Shown here: positions 13,146 to 26,435 of the stretch, piece by piece | Position numbering within the stretch: position 1 is the first letter of the stretch | Layout of the letters: each line of letters begins with the position of its first letter | Assembly (NCBI RefSeq): GCF_026571515.1 | Contig: NW_026856433.1 | Location: 1-64,000, forward strand | DNA length: 64,000 nucleotides | Direction of reading: 5' to 3' | Origin: Ruditapes philippinarum | Lineage: Eukaryota | The notes under the pieces: generated by a model | What the model saw: only the letters and a program-made list of their open reading frames with translations | Databases searched by the model: none | What the model was told of the DNA's origin: nothing | Position numbers and translations under genes: made by a program

Positions 13146-14109
13146 GCATTCATAGGCCTATTGATTTCATGAGAAAATCCGGAAACGCAACCTTATTTCC
13201 ATAGCATAATCACAATCGGCACTGATATGTTGAACAATGACGACAACATCATAAACTTCTGGTATGTTCGAAACCACATAAGCACAAGAAGAACTCTGTT
13301 TCTTGCAGACAGTTTATGAAGTACGAAGAGTTTCTAACAGATTTAGAAATGTCTTTCCCTGGTCACTTGGAAGAACTGGTACATTGTACCGATGTGAAGA
13401 GATAAAAGAAAACACATTTCTACCACTATAAATGTCTTTAACGATTCAAAAAAAGTCTATAACTTATATTTAGTGTCGGGTTAGGCGTTGGTCGAATGAA
13501 TTATAAATCATGTAAATAAGTTCAAACTTCAACTTCAAAGTAATTGGTGATGTCGGGGGATCCTTTAATAAGTCGGTAAAATTTAACTTATTGTTCTGAT
13601 TGATTCATTGTTCATTGTTACCTAAAACAATTATTTTTTCAACATTTATTTTGATTCGAAATAAAAAATGTGTTGAAATATGTTAATCCATACTTCATAA
13701 AGTACTATTATCTTTTTGCACGGGGTTCACGTGAGCAATGTAACATAAGTTTTTGTCGATAATTTATATCAAAAGTAAGGGGGAGAAAAAACATCAACAG
13801 ACATAACAAAACATTTTATCTCTAATTATCACACTATAATTCATTTTCTGCTTCTCTGATCGGTTTACACTTTAATTTTTGTTATCTATTTATGCTATGG
13901 CGCAATCTTCAGAATGCCGGGGTCGACACGAAAAAAACACGAGGCCAGTCAAGTATAGCATGTCAGTCACACCAGAATACCCAGCAAACAAAAGACGTTG
14001 TACCAACGTTGTACTGACGTTAGACCCTGACGTTGGGTAAACGTTGGCAGAAGGTTGGATTTGAAAGTTTTTTAGACGTCAGAAACCGACGTCTATACAA
14101 CGTCATAAA

Positions 14110-14290
14110 ATGACCATTATCCAACCTTTTCTGACCATAATCCAACCTTATCTGACCATAATCCAACATTTTCTGACTATTATTTGGACATAATCCAACC
14201 TTTTTCTGACCATAATCCAACCTTTTCTGACCATTATCTGACCATATGCCAACCTTATCTGACCAAATTTTCTGACCATGATTTAACCTC
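14110..14290. repeat. ~21-bp minisatellite (CTGACCATAATCCAACCTTTT) in the EnSpm-like subterminal region
   Basis: Visible tandem units; explains the repetitive ORF 14020-14292. Confidence 0.85.
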
Positions 14291-15584
14291 ATTCCAAACT
14301 TTTAGAATATGATTTTTTTTCATTTTGAAGCTCTTTAATAGGGTTAATAAATAAGCATTCTTATAATTTTAGCAATTTATTTTATACTCGGAATCACAAG
14401 TACATAACAAGAAATGTGGTACTATAACAAATGCAAGATTTACATAATATTTTTTGAAACTATTAAGCTTGACGGTATGTACTTTAATAACGCTTCATGT
14501 ATTAATTAAGCATGTTTTAGAAATAAGATAAACAAAATCCTTCTTGAATATTAACACTGACATTTTATATAGCAAACATCCATGCATGTGTTTTTTCTTA
14601 TATCACCACTGAACTGATCACTCTGAGTTTGGGATTTTTCAATCATCTATCCAACTCACTGATTGTATATTTGTCTTTGTATTTTATAACTGAATCTAGA
14701 TCTGAATGTTAAATGGAACAATATTCTGAATATTTTGTTTTAACTATAAATAGCAATGTTCATGTATCTTCATTAGTATTCTAGCTTCTTTCGTCCTCCT
14801 ACACTTTGTCGATCTGGGGCATACTTTAAGCGTATCATTACCGTCTCCAACCTGAGATCTCATCACACTTTCTGAAATTAAAAAAAAATAAAATAATCAG
14901 TTACAAGTGCAAGAAATAAATCACTTATACATATTATAATTAAACGAAATTCTAACAAACTACTTAAAAAGATACTTATTACTTTTAATTTAGTTTAAAC
15001 CATGTAGTTTCGTGTACCTACTGTATATATCTATTAATTTTGATAAAAATGGCTTCGTGAATTTCATTATAAAATCAAGGGTAATTAGATCACTGTATTT
15101 TCTATAATATTTTGAAATATACCTGTCTCAAAATCTTGGTAGGTTTTCATTTTTCTTTTCCTCTAAATATTTTCATCTTCCTCCTGAACATTTGACACAA
15201 GTTGAATTATCATAATCTTCACAATCTGAAAGACGAAATATAATCGTTTTAGAATTAACCATGTGGTGGAAGGATGTTTGTCTAATACAATAGGCAAAAT
15301 CCAATTACTATTAATCTTAGTTAACTCATAAGCGCATGAAAAACTGATATATAACAAATACCAAAATGAAATTAATTCTACTCCCGCAAAAATTTATATT
15401 GTTATTTTTTATATTCAATGTACTTTGTACAAATGCTCATACAACATCAAAGAAATTCACATGTTACTGTCATTTTTATAGATATCATCTCTGCCCAGCA
15501 TGATCTGGTCTGCTAAGTGTATATAGGACAGATTGGCTTAGTGTAAAAACGTTTTATGATACGAGCATACAACTTGTTGATAAG

Positions 15585-16816
15585 GGTGTTTGGACTTTAC
15601 ACCTCCTGGATGTTTCACCCCTGGACGTTTCACCCTCAAAACCCTGGTCTTTTCACCTCCACTTTTTAAATTTGATAAATATATGAAGTAAATACCATTA
15701 TGGGTTATAATTGATTAGTCTGAAATGTTTTATATTATTATAGATTTTCAATATTTTGTATTATATACACACAGTATTATATAAAAGAAAATTCAATGTT
15801 AGTACATTTTATTTTATTTACTTACATGATTTTTAATATTTTAACTTTTTTTTACAAGAGAGTATTTTTCTATTAAAGTATTTTATTTGAAATAATTGGT
15901 AATAAATTCATTCTAGCTTGATTTTTTTAAAGCATTTTCAGCAAGTTTTTGTAATAGATTTATCTTAATGAATAAAAAAGACAAAAAATGAAAATGACAA
16001 AATGATAGTTGAATATTTAGAATAAAATATTTAGAATAAAATATGATACCATTTTTATTTTATACTTATTATTTTTTTATAAAATAGGAAATAAAATTAT
16101 ATGATGAAAATAACAGTGTTTATTTTAATGTTATGTTATTGTAAAGTGCATACATTGTAGATATTGTAGTTGACTCTGAATAAAATTTAGTAAATCTGAT
16201 AATTTTGTTTTATCTGTTTTTCATACATTGATACATATATTAGGTAAATTTTATTTGAACAAGAATGTCATTTTTTAAATAAAATTTCTTAATTATAAAT
16301 TTCAAAAAACAAATATTCTCTCAATGTCTATCATGCAAATTTATATGATATTGAGTTATCTCAATTATCACTCAATATAATCCAATTAAGGGTAACAACT
16401 AAGGTATGTCAAACAAGTTTACTGATATTTATCCATACAGTATACAATAATATTTATAAAAAAAGTAGCCAAGTCAAGTCAAGTCAAATTTCCTTTATTA
16501 CACAAATTTCATGTTAACATGAATAAATGTGGTTAGTAATAAATGCAATGTTAGTAGAGGCTCTTTAAACATATGTACAATGTATATATAATTTCAGTGG
16601 TAAAATAATTCGTAAAAAGAGTATTTGTTCATATCATTTGCTGAACTGCAGTACGTTCAATTAACAATTATGTATCAAAACCACAAATTGTTAAATTTCT
16701 TAGTAAATATGTTACCACAAAAAAAATGTCTAGGAGGTGTAAAGACCAAAGATGAAACGTCCAGGAGGTGTAAAGACCAAAGGTGAAAAGTCCAGGAGGT
16801 GTAAAGTCCTGAAATC
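15585..16816. mobile_element. 1.2-kb non-autonomous DNA transposon with 8-bp TSD (MULE/Merlin/hAT class uncertain), nested in the EnSpm-like element
   Basis: TSD TTGATAAG at 15577-15584 and 16817-16824. Inverted subterminal repeats GGACTTTACACCTCCTGGA / TCCAGGAGGTGTAAAGTCC. Confidence 0.8.
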
Positions 16817-19513
16817 TTGATAAGCAGGCTAATTAACAAACTATTACTTTTATTGATTTATAACTATGATAATGTGTTTTCTGATTGATAAAATGTTGTT
16901 TGATTACATTAGTAAAAAGATAGCTAGTCAAATACAATGTGCTTTCAGATATATCTTACCAAAGTCGTATCATTTACATGTATCAAATGCCATGAATCAT
17001 TATCATAATATAAGAAACACATGGTATGCTAACAGTATGGGTAAAGTACTTCAATTAACAACGAGTAGTTTAACAACTACACAGATATCAAAATCAAACT
17101 GCATCTGATACATGTGTAAATGATTGGCCCCTCATATAAGGGAAATTCACGTTGATAAGTAATGAGGAAATTTTATTTACCAGCATTTGAATAATGAGAG
17201 TCTTACGTACTGGTTTTAACGTTTTATTGAGTTCAATTGCTAGGATATTTCCTACCATTGATTGTGCATTTATTTGGGATGGCGATATAGTGTGGGAAAA
17301 ATGATCCGATAATACAGACTGTTCTATAGCAAATGATGAAGTGTTCTTACGTGGAAACAAAAATATTTATCTCGCGAAATCACGTTACATTAAGTTTTAC
17401 CAGTCAAACATTTCAATGATCAAATAACCATCGAATCCATGCAAACATGCGGTAAATTAGCATTGAAAAACAATATATAATGTTTGCCTACCTTTTTCTT
17501 TTGTTTGGAATATACAACTTTGTCTGTCAACCCGTCGTTTTTTTGTCCGCCAATACAATTGAATTTCAAATCCGATAAGTCGCAAATTCGAATTTACTAA
17601 ATTATTTACCACTATAAAATGAAGCCCTCAAAAATGATAACAGCTTCATTGTAAATTATATAAACATTTCTTAAACTAATTCGAGGAGATAAGATATTAT
17701 TTAAACGAAAATAGAGCAAATATATTTCATACTGATCTGCGACTATCCGTTTACAGAGCGCCACCTATCGAATATCGTACGTTAGCCACCCACGTGATAC
17801 TGTTGTTTTGATGGAGAAAATAAATATATAATGTTCCCTTTCTAAACTTAAACTTAAAATTCTCGCTGTTTATGCTTTAATTTATATATATATTGGTTTC
17901 ATAAATTAAATTCACCTTTTGTCAGATTACCGACCAAAACCCGACGTCGAGTCGACGTCAAAATGAAACGTCTGCTAGACGTCGGGGATTCAACGTCGAT
18001 TTGACGTTGTATGAAGGTCACCGACGTCGCGACCAAAATTCAACGTTGATCCAACGTTGGGTCAACGTCGGGTGTTTGCTGGGTACATGATAATCAAACA
18101 GGAACATCAGCTGATTTTAGGGGAAACATTGCTAATGGACTTTCAACGTCGCAAGAAGAACCCCCCACACAATGAGTCGGAGAAGAAGAAAGAGGCCGTT
18201 TGCTGACATGATTAGGGAAAGTCAATTATTATACAACGATTTTATTAAAAACAAAGTTCCAAGATTGCTCCGCCAGCTTGGTGTCGAGAAATCTTCTGAT
18301 GAATCAAATTAAATATTCAGAAAATACTTATGAAGGGCTTTTTGTAGTAGAAATAACTGCAGTCATTCAATTTGGCTTGGCCTTTTGTTATCTTTTTTTC
18401 TTTAAAAAGAAATCATTTTGAAACGCTCCCTTAAAAAAATACCTCACGTAAACTTTTAATACACCAAATTTGCGTCAATGGGTTTTTTATTTTCCCCACC
18501 ATTATCCCTAAAAATTCCAACCTGGTAATTTTTCCCCTAGGGGGGTAATATTATAGGCCCCCGGGGAAAATTTAAAAAAAGGTTCCTAGTTTTCTTTTTA
18601 CAATAAAAAATGTTTAAAAACATATTACTGTTGATTCGGGGGGACTGGCAAGCTTTTTTGGGGGTTTTTTCTGAAACCCTTGCAATCCTAAAAAAACCGG
18701 GACTGGGAAAACTGTATGGGGTAAAATTTTCCTGTTAAGGTTTTTTTAAAGTTTTAATTCATCTTGCAAAACACCAAAAAGTTTTTTTCTACGGGGGTTT
18801 TTTCCATAACTACAGTAGAGTTGCAAACAAAAAAAAATTTATTTCATTTTTTTTTGCAGCCAAAACTTTATCCTTGATATATGGGTACTTCCTTAACAGA
18901 GACACTTAAAAAAGAATTTAAAAAAAATTGCATCGACTGGGATTTGAACTCCAGATCTCTCACACACCAGACGAGCGCATTACCCCTGCACCACGGAGAA
19001 GTTATATAAACAATGCCTGAATAAAATCTAGTGATTCTAAATTTAGAACTTCCATTGTAATCCTTACTAATTTTGAGGTATTTTGTTCAGGATAAACCTG
19101 TTGTTTAAAATTGAAGTAAATAATTTAGCGAAAATTTTCTCGCCGAAACAGTCATCTACATGTATATATTCCACTACTCGGCAGTCAGATTTATTTGTGT
19201 AGTATTCGGTAATCGACATCGCTAAAAATTTCATTGATTAAAATCAAATTCATCCGCGTAATTTGTGATTGTGCATTTATTGACAATTCTATAAGACAAC
19301 GCTACTTTTAAACTTTGAATGCGTTGTAATTTGTTGGATACTTGTAACAAAATAAAAATATTTCTTTCTTTTAAATCGCTAGTTTTAAGCTGTTTTGAGA
19401 ACTACTTGTTGTTAGGTTTGTCGTGAAATTCTGTGTCAGAGATTGAATGTCAGTTTGTATTTACTGACCTTCGGTCAGAAAATACAAAAAACAACACAAT
19501 GTTTCCCTTGAAC

Positions 19514-19552
19514 CAATCGCAACTACTCGGCCCTTTCCGCCAGTCTTCGGAT
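19514..19552. mobile_element. Left arm of the MITE family also found at 27560-27661
   Basis: CAATCGCAACTACTCGGCCCTTTCCG matches that element's TIR. Confidence 0.6.
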
Positions 19553-20933
19553 AAGGACCTCGAACACAATAGTATGAATACACAGAACGGATACGGTATT
19601 CCGGTGTAACCTACGCTTAGAAACTAAACATGTAAACAAATAGTAATTTAATGCTGGGAGTTGTTGACAAGTTTATTTCCAATATATGTAGTTAAAGTCC
19701 ACATAAAATAAGTGAATTTATAGGTACAAAAGCAAACAATACATTATTTATATATTTACTAATATGGCTGTAGAAACCGAAAGTACAAAAAAACAACCTG
19801 TTGACATTTAGTAGGATTTGTTTCAAATTGAACATCAGTGGGCATATTTAAATTACAAATTGTTGTCAGACATATTTTCAAGCAGAAGAGTACCGGAACA
19901 AACATTAGATGTCAAATATATACATTCGTTTTACATTATCTCTGTTTCTGTTTACATCTGTAAACCACGTGGTAGAACTACTTTCAATCCGTATTGTTCC
20001 GAGGTTATTATAGTAATAGCCGAGGCAGTTCCAAATGCCCTTGAACTGAACTAACACCCGAGACGGTTCTTTCAGTTCTCCGGTTGCTAATACATTTGTA
20101 TACATTATTACCATGTTTTACATGTATTTTCATAATTGTGAATATTTGGTTGGCGGCGCTAGGCAGTAATGGCAAAGGATAGGGGGTAGATGAGGGGGAG
20201 AGAGAGAACAGGGTGCTACACGAAGAATGGGGAATGGGGAAGGCTTATAAGACTTTCACGCAATTCTCCTGGTAAATGGGACTTCTTAATTATTCTATTA
20301 TAAAAGTGTAAAAGAAATCACAAAGTCACACATGTGAAGATGATTGCACTAAAAACTTTATAAATAAGACCGGGGTTATTTAAACATAATTCTTTTTAAA
20401 AACTCTGATTAAGCGTATGTAATAAACGAAATGTTTTGTGTCTAGTATTTCAAGAAAGTTTAAAAAAAAAACATATACATGACGAGGCTTATTTCACACT
20501 GTGCACTTTTCATCATTAATATCATTCGATCAGCTGAATTTGTAAGACAATATAACTGGTTTCTGTTTTTATTTTCTCCGTAGTTACAAATTGCATTCAT
20601 TTGATATCAGGTTTTAATTCATTTGATACCACAAAATACTCACAAAACAGTAATATCAGATTGCACTATTTGAAGGTTAAATAGCAAATTATGACATACG
20701 TGGCCATCTTATAAAAGTGCAGAAATTAAACTTCAAAAATATTTACACGAAATAATTTGATTATTGAACCACATCTGAATATTGTATTTCGGAATCGATA
20801 TATTGGTATTTATAAACGAGATTTACATGTACAAATTTATTGATTTTATTTTGTTGATATTCAATACAAATCGGCACTACATAAGCTTATCGTATATGGA
20901 CTATTTTCCGGATCTTTTTTTACGAATTCAGTC

Positions 20934-23799
20934 ATGTCGAAACAAGACGACGAGAACGCGACGGTGAAACTGGAAGAACAAAAGCGGAAATATATCAGTG
21001 TTTTAAATGGTTGCTTTGGATATGTTGTATATCGGTTGGTTTACTTGCGTGTTGGGTAGGAAAAGTACAGTACTATGCTGTCGGAAATACTAACGATGGT
21101 AGTGACAATATTCATAGAGACAGTAGATATAGGAGTTTTAAAGCATTTGACCAAGATCGTGATGGTTTTATTTCGGAGCCGGAGTTTGAACAAATCCATC
21201 GTCGCTTGATTAACACTCAACCAGAGGAGAGGTCTCAAATTGTAAGAAAAAGTTTCGTTATGAAGTTATTAATCAAGTTATGTTAAATAAGTAGGTAAAA
21301 AAATTACTACCTATTCTATTTATTTTATTTGGGAATATCTTGACTCATTTTGTTATTGAGAAATATTAGTATCAGAGAGGAATAAGTATAATATGATTAA
21401 CAAGTAAAGGGAAGTAACAGAATCGCCAGTTTGAAATATTACTGAAAGAGTTATCTTTTCTTGATACCAGCGATGAAAGGGCTCTGGCAAAAAAAAAGAA
21501 AAAAAGGAAGAAATCTTTTCGTTTATTTTCCACAAAAAAGACCCTTTAAAGATGGATTTAGGAAAAAAAATCTAAAATAGTAGGAACATTTTATCATTCA
21601 ATTTCAATGCATCCAGATTTGGCTACCTATCTGTTTAGATAATTAGTTGATTTAAAAATACATTTAAAAAAGTAGCTATATTTATAATCATTCTTTTATG
21701 ATTTCTAAGGCATCAAGAGTTGAAATGTTTTGTCTTTTGTAAAATAACAACAAAATAAATTTTCCATATATATGCATGTCTTTTAAAGGTGTTAGATGAA
21801 TTAAAACGTATTGAAGAGGAACAAGGAAAACTCCACGACCTTATAAATGATCTACAGTTAAAACTTACAGGTTTGTTAGATCTTAGAAAAAATTTAGTTA
21901 TAGTTAATAAAAAGTTTTATTATATTATATAATATTTATACCTCTTACTTGCGCAGCAATTCTTTTCATAACTAGTGCAAAATGATTTAATAATACATGC
22001 CGTCTTTTCCAGTCGCTTAAAATGCAGTTTGCTATATAAATAGTGATGACATTATGAAAGAACGACTCCAGTTCGACATTGACCGCAACATTTTGTCGTC
22101 GTGTTATTGGGGTGCCATGGCACAACAAACACCACAGCGGCAATACGGTGGCACCATGGCGAAGCATCAAGCGGCGCCAGAACGCCTAACTGTGTCGTTA
22201 TGGTGCCCTATTTTTGGCTACAAACAAATATATGATTTCAGACTCCGAGTTGGCTCAATGGGGACCCTGGAGCACGTGGAGCGACTGTTACATGAGTTGC
22301 ACTGGTAAACATGGTGGTCGTTTACAGAATCGTTCAAGGGAGACAAAATCAAAGTCGGTCGTACAGGGTCATCAAAAAGAGACTGAGGAACGCCCATGCA
22401 ATGCTGTACAATTCGCAGGTTGGTTATTATATTACACATGTAATTGTTTATGGAATATTATTACTAACAGTATAAACACTTCCCATTCATTTAATCATTT
22501 TTTAAATATATTTTTTCCATTAGTATTAAATATATATTCAGAATCTGAATATACGGACACTGCTAACAAAATGAAGCCGTCGCAGAAGTTACATTCCTAG
22601 TAGAAACTATTTTAGCAAGTTCTTGTAGTATATACATAACTCGCTTTTAAACACAAGTGAGTTAATGACCAAAATACGGGATTAAAGTGCAAATTTTAAA
22701 ACTTAATTTAATCACTTTAAAGACTTATGTCTAGATATATGTGATGGTGACATATTAAAAACTAGGTCGTGATCTCAACATGGCTCGAACTCACGATCCC
22801 TTGGTTGAAAGGATAATACTTTAGACGTGTGCCACCTCTCCCCTCTCTTTTAACAGCCGCTTAAATTTAGAAAAATTTAAAAATATTTTTTAATCTTATA
22901 GGTTGCATTAAAAGTTATGGAACAGATGATAATTTTGGTGTAAACTACGACTTCGCCGATCAAATGGCAGTTGCCACGTGCACCGCCCTTGCAGTAGACG
23001 GCTATATCCACGCTGTTAGACGGAGGTGCTCTTCGCTGTCGGTCTCGTGCGCGGAGACGTGTAAGCAAATAGGGTAAACACTGAAACTACTGAATTATAT
23101 GTTAAAGGAAATCTACATCATAATATATAACTCAATAATGTATAAAAACATGGGTCACAGGGACAATGTCATGATTCCCTAAATGTAAATAACGATTGGT
23201 CAATACTTTCTAAATTATGACCCAAACACAATTGTTAAAATCATTTTGATTTGAAAGCTGCTTACTAGTATTTATGAAATTTTGTTGGCGATAAAATGAG
23301 GTTTATATTATACATTTTTACTGCAATACTGATTTCTATTTGACTTGTACGCAGCTGTTAAATCTGTAGCGCCTCGTCCAATATAGGTTTTGCAGCTTCA
23401 ATGAAAACGAGGTTAGATGGAGTACAATAAGTATATGATACAGATCGGACATGAAAACGTAGAAGTAATTCTAAAGCAGTAACCATATTATTACCACACT
23501 GATTCATTTCTTTGGATTTACAGGCACCAATTAGTTCTAGTATATTTATTTTTATATATTTTCACCTTTAACATGCAGTTAACATTTTTATGCAGCATTA
23601 CTGTGATATTTGTTTTTTATGCATGCATACTTGTATTTGTTTCAGTGGAACATGTTTCAATTCTCTACACATTTATAGAGGGTCACAAGTTTTGCTGAGA
23701 GACGTTCACGGTTCTAAGGGATTATATGCTTACAAGTACAACGCTTGTGGTGGTGGATGTGGTCCAAACTTTTGTTGTTGTCGGTCTTTAAAACCTTAA
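20934..23799 (+). pseudogene. Gene A copy 1: TM-EF-hand-coiled coil-TSP1-Cys-rich head protein, frameshifted in exon 1
   Basis: Exons 20934-21241, 21789-21870, 22242-22418, 22902-23073, 23646-23799 have intact GT-AG sites. A 13-bp deletion (TTAATACTGAAAA) relative to copy 2 after codon 15 gives a stop after ~41 codons. Exons 2-5 remain open. Confidence 0.75.
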
Positions 23800-23963
23800 T
23801 TGTTCATTGTCGTGTCACAAACATTTCTTTGTAACAGAAAATGGATTCGAATTACTGGAGTCTATGCATCTCTTACCTGTAGAAGTTGAGTTGGTTTTGA
23901 CACCTGGTGTTGCTTTAAAGTTGTAACACCTGAGGGTAGCAAAAATCATCTTTCCTGTTTCGG

Positions 23964-24135
23964 NNNNNNNNNNNNNNNNNNNNNNNNNNNNNNNNNNNNN
24001 NNNNNNNNNNNNNNNNNNNNNNNNNNNNNNNNNNNNNNNNNNNNNNNNNNNNNNNNNNNNNNNNNNNNNNNNNNNNNNNNNNNNNNNNNNNNNNNNNNNN
24101 NNNNNNNNNNNNNNNNNNNNNNNNNNNNNNNNNNN
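23964..24135. other. Assembly gap (172 N)
   Basis: Run of N. Confidence 1.
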
Positions 24136-24627
24136 GAAAAAGTAATCGCTGTTGAAAATTGAAACACGTGTCTGTTAATCAAAATAATTGTAAATTGTAC
24201 TACGATAATAACAAAGAGACATACCTTTTATCGTAAAAGTGGCACAGGCCAACCAAACCTTAACGTAAAGAAAGGCAAGATTTACAAATAAAAAGTAACA
24301 TGTGACAATACTGAGGAACGATAATTAATGGCGTTTTTTTATTATCAATACATGATCAAGCGTGGGTATTTATGTCTTAAGGCCTTAACTGACGGTAGGA
24401 TTTAGAGGTAAAACACCAATTAAAACTTGTATAATTCCAAAAGACAATAATGTTCAGCGTATTCATGTCTGATAAAAATATCAACTTCCCTTGAACACTT
24501 TAACACTTCTGATTAAAGTGATGAGCATAATGTTACCAGAACATAGTCAGACCAACCTGCAAAATGGAAGCTAATTAAGTGAATTAAAGAAATTCTGCAG
24601 GTTAAGGGTTTACCAATAAAGCAACAC

Positions 24628-26212
24628 CTTTTATTGTTTTCTCTGATTCATCTAGGCGCTTTTGTGTGACAGCTCTTTCAGCTTCAGTATGTTCTTGCAA
24701 CTCTTGGGCTTCCACAAGCATGTCTTCCAGCTGAATTATGCGCATGCTCAGTGACTCCACTGTCTGATTCATGTCCGTCTGTAACACCGTTGTGTAATAA
24801 AAATATGAAAGATCATACTAGTGCATTAATGTTTTCATTGATGACAAAATGATATAAAATGATGTAAAAATGATACACTGTAATCGGAATAGTAAACCAT
24901 AGTGTGACATTTTTTTGTGAGAATAAAAACCAAACTTGAATGATGATTTAACATATTTAACCCACAGGTGCTTGTAACAAACTTTACCTGTGATTTAACC
25001 TGTATCACGCCCGAGAACTTTGCAATTTTGAATTTGGAACAAACGGTAGTACTATAATGTACTATAAAATAAACATTTTACATGAATGAGCAAAGATCGC
25101 CTACTAGTTGTGATTATGTGAAGGACGCTGACCTTTTTAAACTACATGTAACGATATAAACTAATAATCATTATAATATGGATGTAATATCAAGTAGGAA
25201 ATCATATACAAATGCTGTTTAAATATGGGCCGATTGACCTTTACCATGATACACAGGACACTAGATAGATAGATACGTATTTCACAAACACACCTGTGGG
25301 GGGGGGGGGCGTCCGTGGCCGAGTGGTTAAGATCGTTGACTTCAAACCACTTGCCCCTCACCGCTGTGGCTTCGAATCCCGACAGGGACTTTGGATTCTT
25401 TCATGTGATGAAGCTATCCAGCTAGCTTACGGAACGTCGGTGGTTCTACTCAGGTGCCCGTTCGTGCCTGAAATAATGCATGGAAGGGCACCTGAGGCCT
25501 TCCTCCACCAGTAAAGCTGGAACGTCGCGATATGACCTATACTGTGTCGATGTGACGTAGTGACGTACCCCCCCCCCCCCCCCCCCCCCCAAAAAAAAGC
25601 AAAAACACAAACACACCATATCTTGTTTTAGATGTGATTTATATTCCTCCAGTTCTCCCATTCGTAACTCTACACTCATTTGTCGTCTGCTGAGCCGCCA
25701 TTTTTCCCGCTTCAACGTGTCTGTGAGGTCTCGTGCAGTTTCGAGGTTCTCTTTCAGTTTTTCGTATAAACTTCCTTCTCCTTTTGACGCTTCTCCATTC
25801 TGCAGTAAACTTCATATTTAGATACAATGATAAAATTCTTATTCAATTCATTCTTGACATCATACTCTGGTTTAGCTACGTCAACGCTGTACATAGCACA
25901 TTTTTCTTTAGAGCGTTTTGTTTATTATATGTATGTACATGTATAACCTATCCAATCTCATTAAAATGTAGCTTTTTAATATAAAATAATTGTAAGCTAT
26001 CAGGCGCTTACACTTTAAAAACTAACAGCAGCAGCACTATTACGCCAAGTCATAGTGAAAAGCACGAAAAATACGTGCACAAATGTTATAAATTTTGACA
26101 AAAAAAGAAAAAGCGTGTCTTTCATCTATATGTTTAAGACAAACGGACAAATTATCTAAGCTGTCAACAAGTTCCTCGGCGGTGTCGACCAAAGCTATCG
26201 ACTTCTTGTGAC
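24628..26212 (-). pseudogene. Gene B copy 1: coiled-coil protein, 5'-truncated
   Basis: Exon 2 (25799-25617) and exon 3 (24778-24628) are near-identical to copy 2. The exon 1 remnant (~26212-26117) has lost its start to a MITE and its donor site to a deletion. Exon 4 is absent or lies in the gap. Confidence 0.75.
25295..25605 (+). mobile_element. Full-length tRNA-derived SINE (Meta-domain-like, bivalve type) with 12-bp TSD
   Basis: A box TGGCCGAGTGG, B-box-like GCTTCGAATCCC, central GAAGCTATCCAGCTAGCTTACGGAACGTCGGTGG domain. TSD CACAAACACACC (25283-25294 and 25606-25617). Absent at the paralogous site near 40045. Confidence 0.85.
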
Positions 26213-26224
26213 TAAGGACTGAAA

Positions 26225-26435
26225 AAACCAACGTAATACGTTTGCGACCAGCATGGATCCAGACCAGCCTGTGCAGTCTGATCAGGATCCATGCTGTTCG
26301 CTTACAAACCCTATAACAAGTAGAGAAACTGATAGCGAACAGCATGGATCCTGATCAGACTGCGCGGAGGCGCAGGCTGGTCTGGATCCATGCTGGTCGC
26401 AAACCCATTATGTTGGTTTTGTCGTGACGCGGCTC
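26225..26435. mobile_element. Sola-type palindromic MITE, left end truncated
   Basis: Same family as 6685-6958; ends CGCGGCTC|ATAT. Confidence 0.85.

Larger units (their letters stand above)
13980..18083. mobile_element. 4.1-kb non-autonomous CMC/EnSpm-like DNA transposon
   Basis: TA|CCCAGCAAACA ... TGTTTGCTGGG|TA (11-bp TIR, 2-bp TSD). ACGTT/ACGTC-rich subterminal repeats at both ends, and decayed minus-strand exon-like pieces inside (~14.8, 15.2, 17.5 kb). Confidence 0.8.

Noticed and set aside
14020-14292. Repetitive peptide ORFs here and at 32432-32681 and 63716-63993
   Set aside because: Translations of minisatellites.
22043-22240. C/D snoRNA (GTGATGA C box in intron)
   Set aside because: No CTGA D box or terminal stem at a suitable distance.
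22054-22308. 84-aa ORF (and antisense 81-aa ORF) repeated at 30325-30579
   Set aside because: Intronic and out of frame with the TSP1 exon; its conservation follows from the duplication, and the TATA-like box is too close to the ATG.
25300-25390. tRNA genes here and at 9247, 11490, 18935, 47640 and 53217
   Set aside because: A/B boxes are present but there is no complete cloverleaf, and they continue into SINE/repeat bodies.
26040-26345. 101-aa ORF
   Set aside because: Chimera of MITE sequence and the remnant of gene B1 exon 1.
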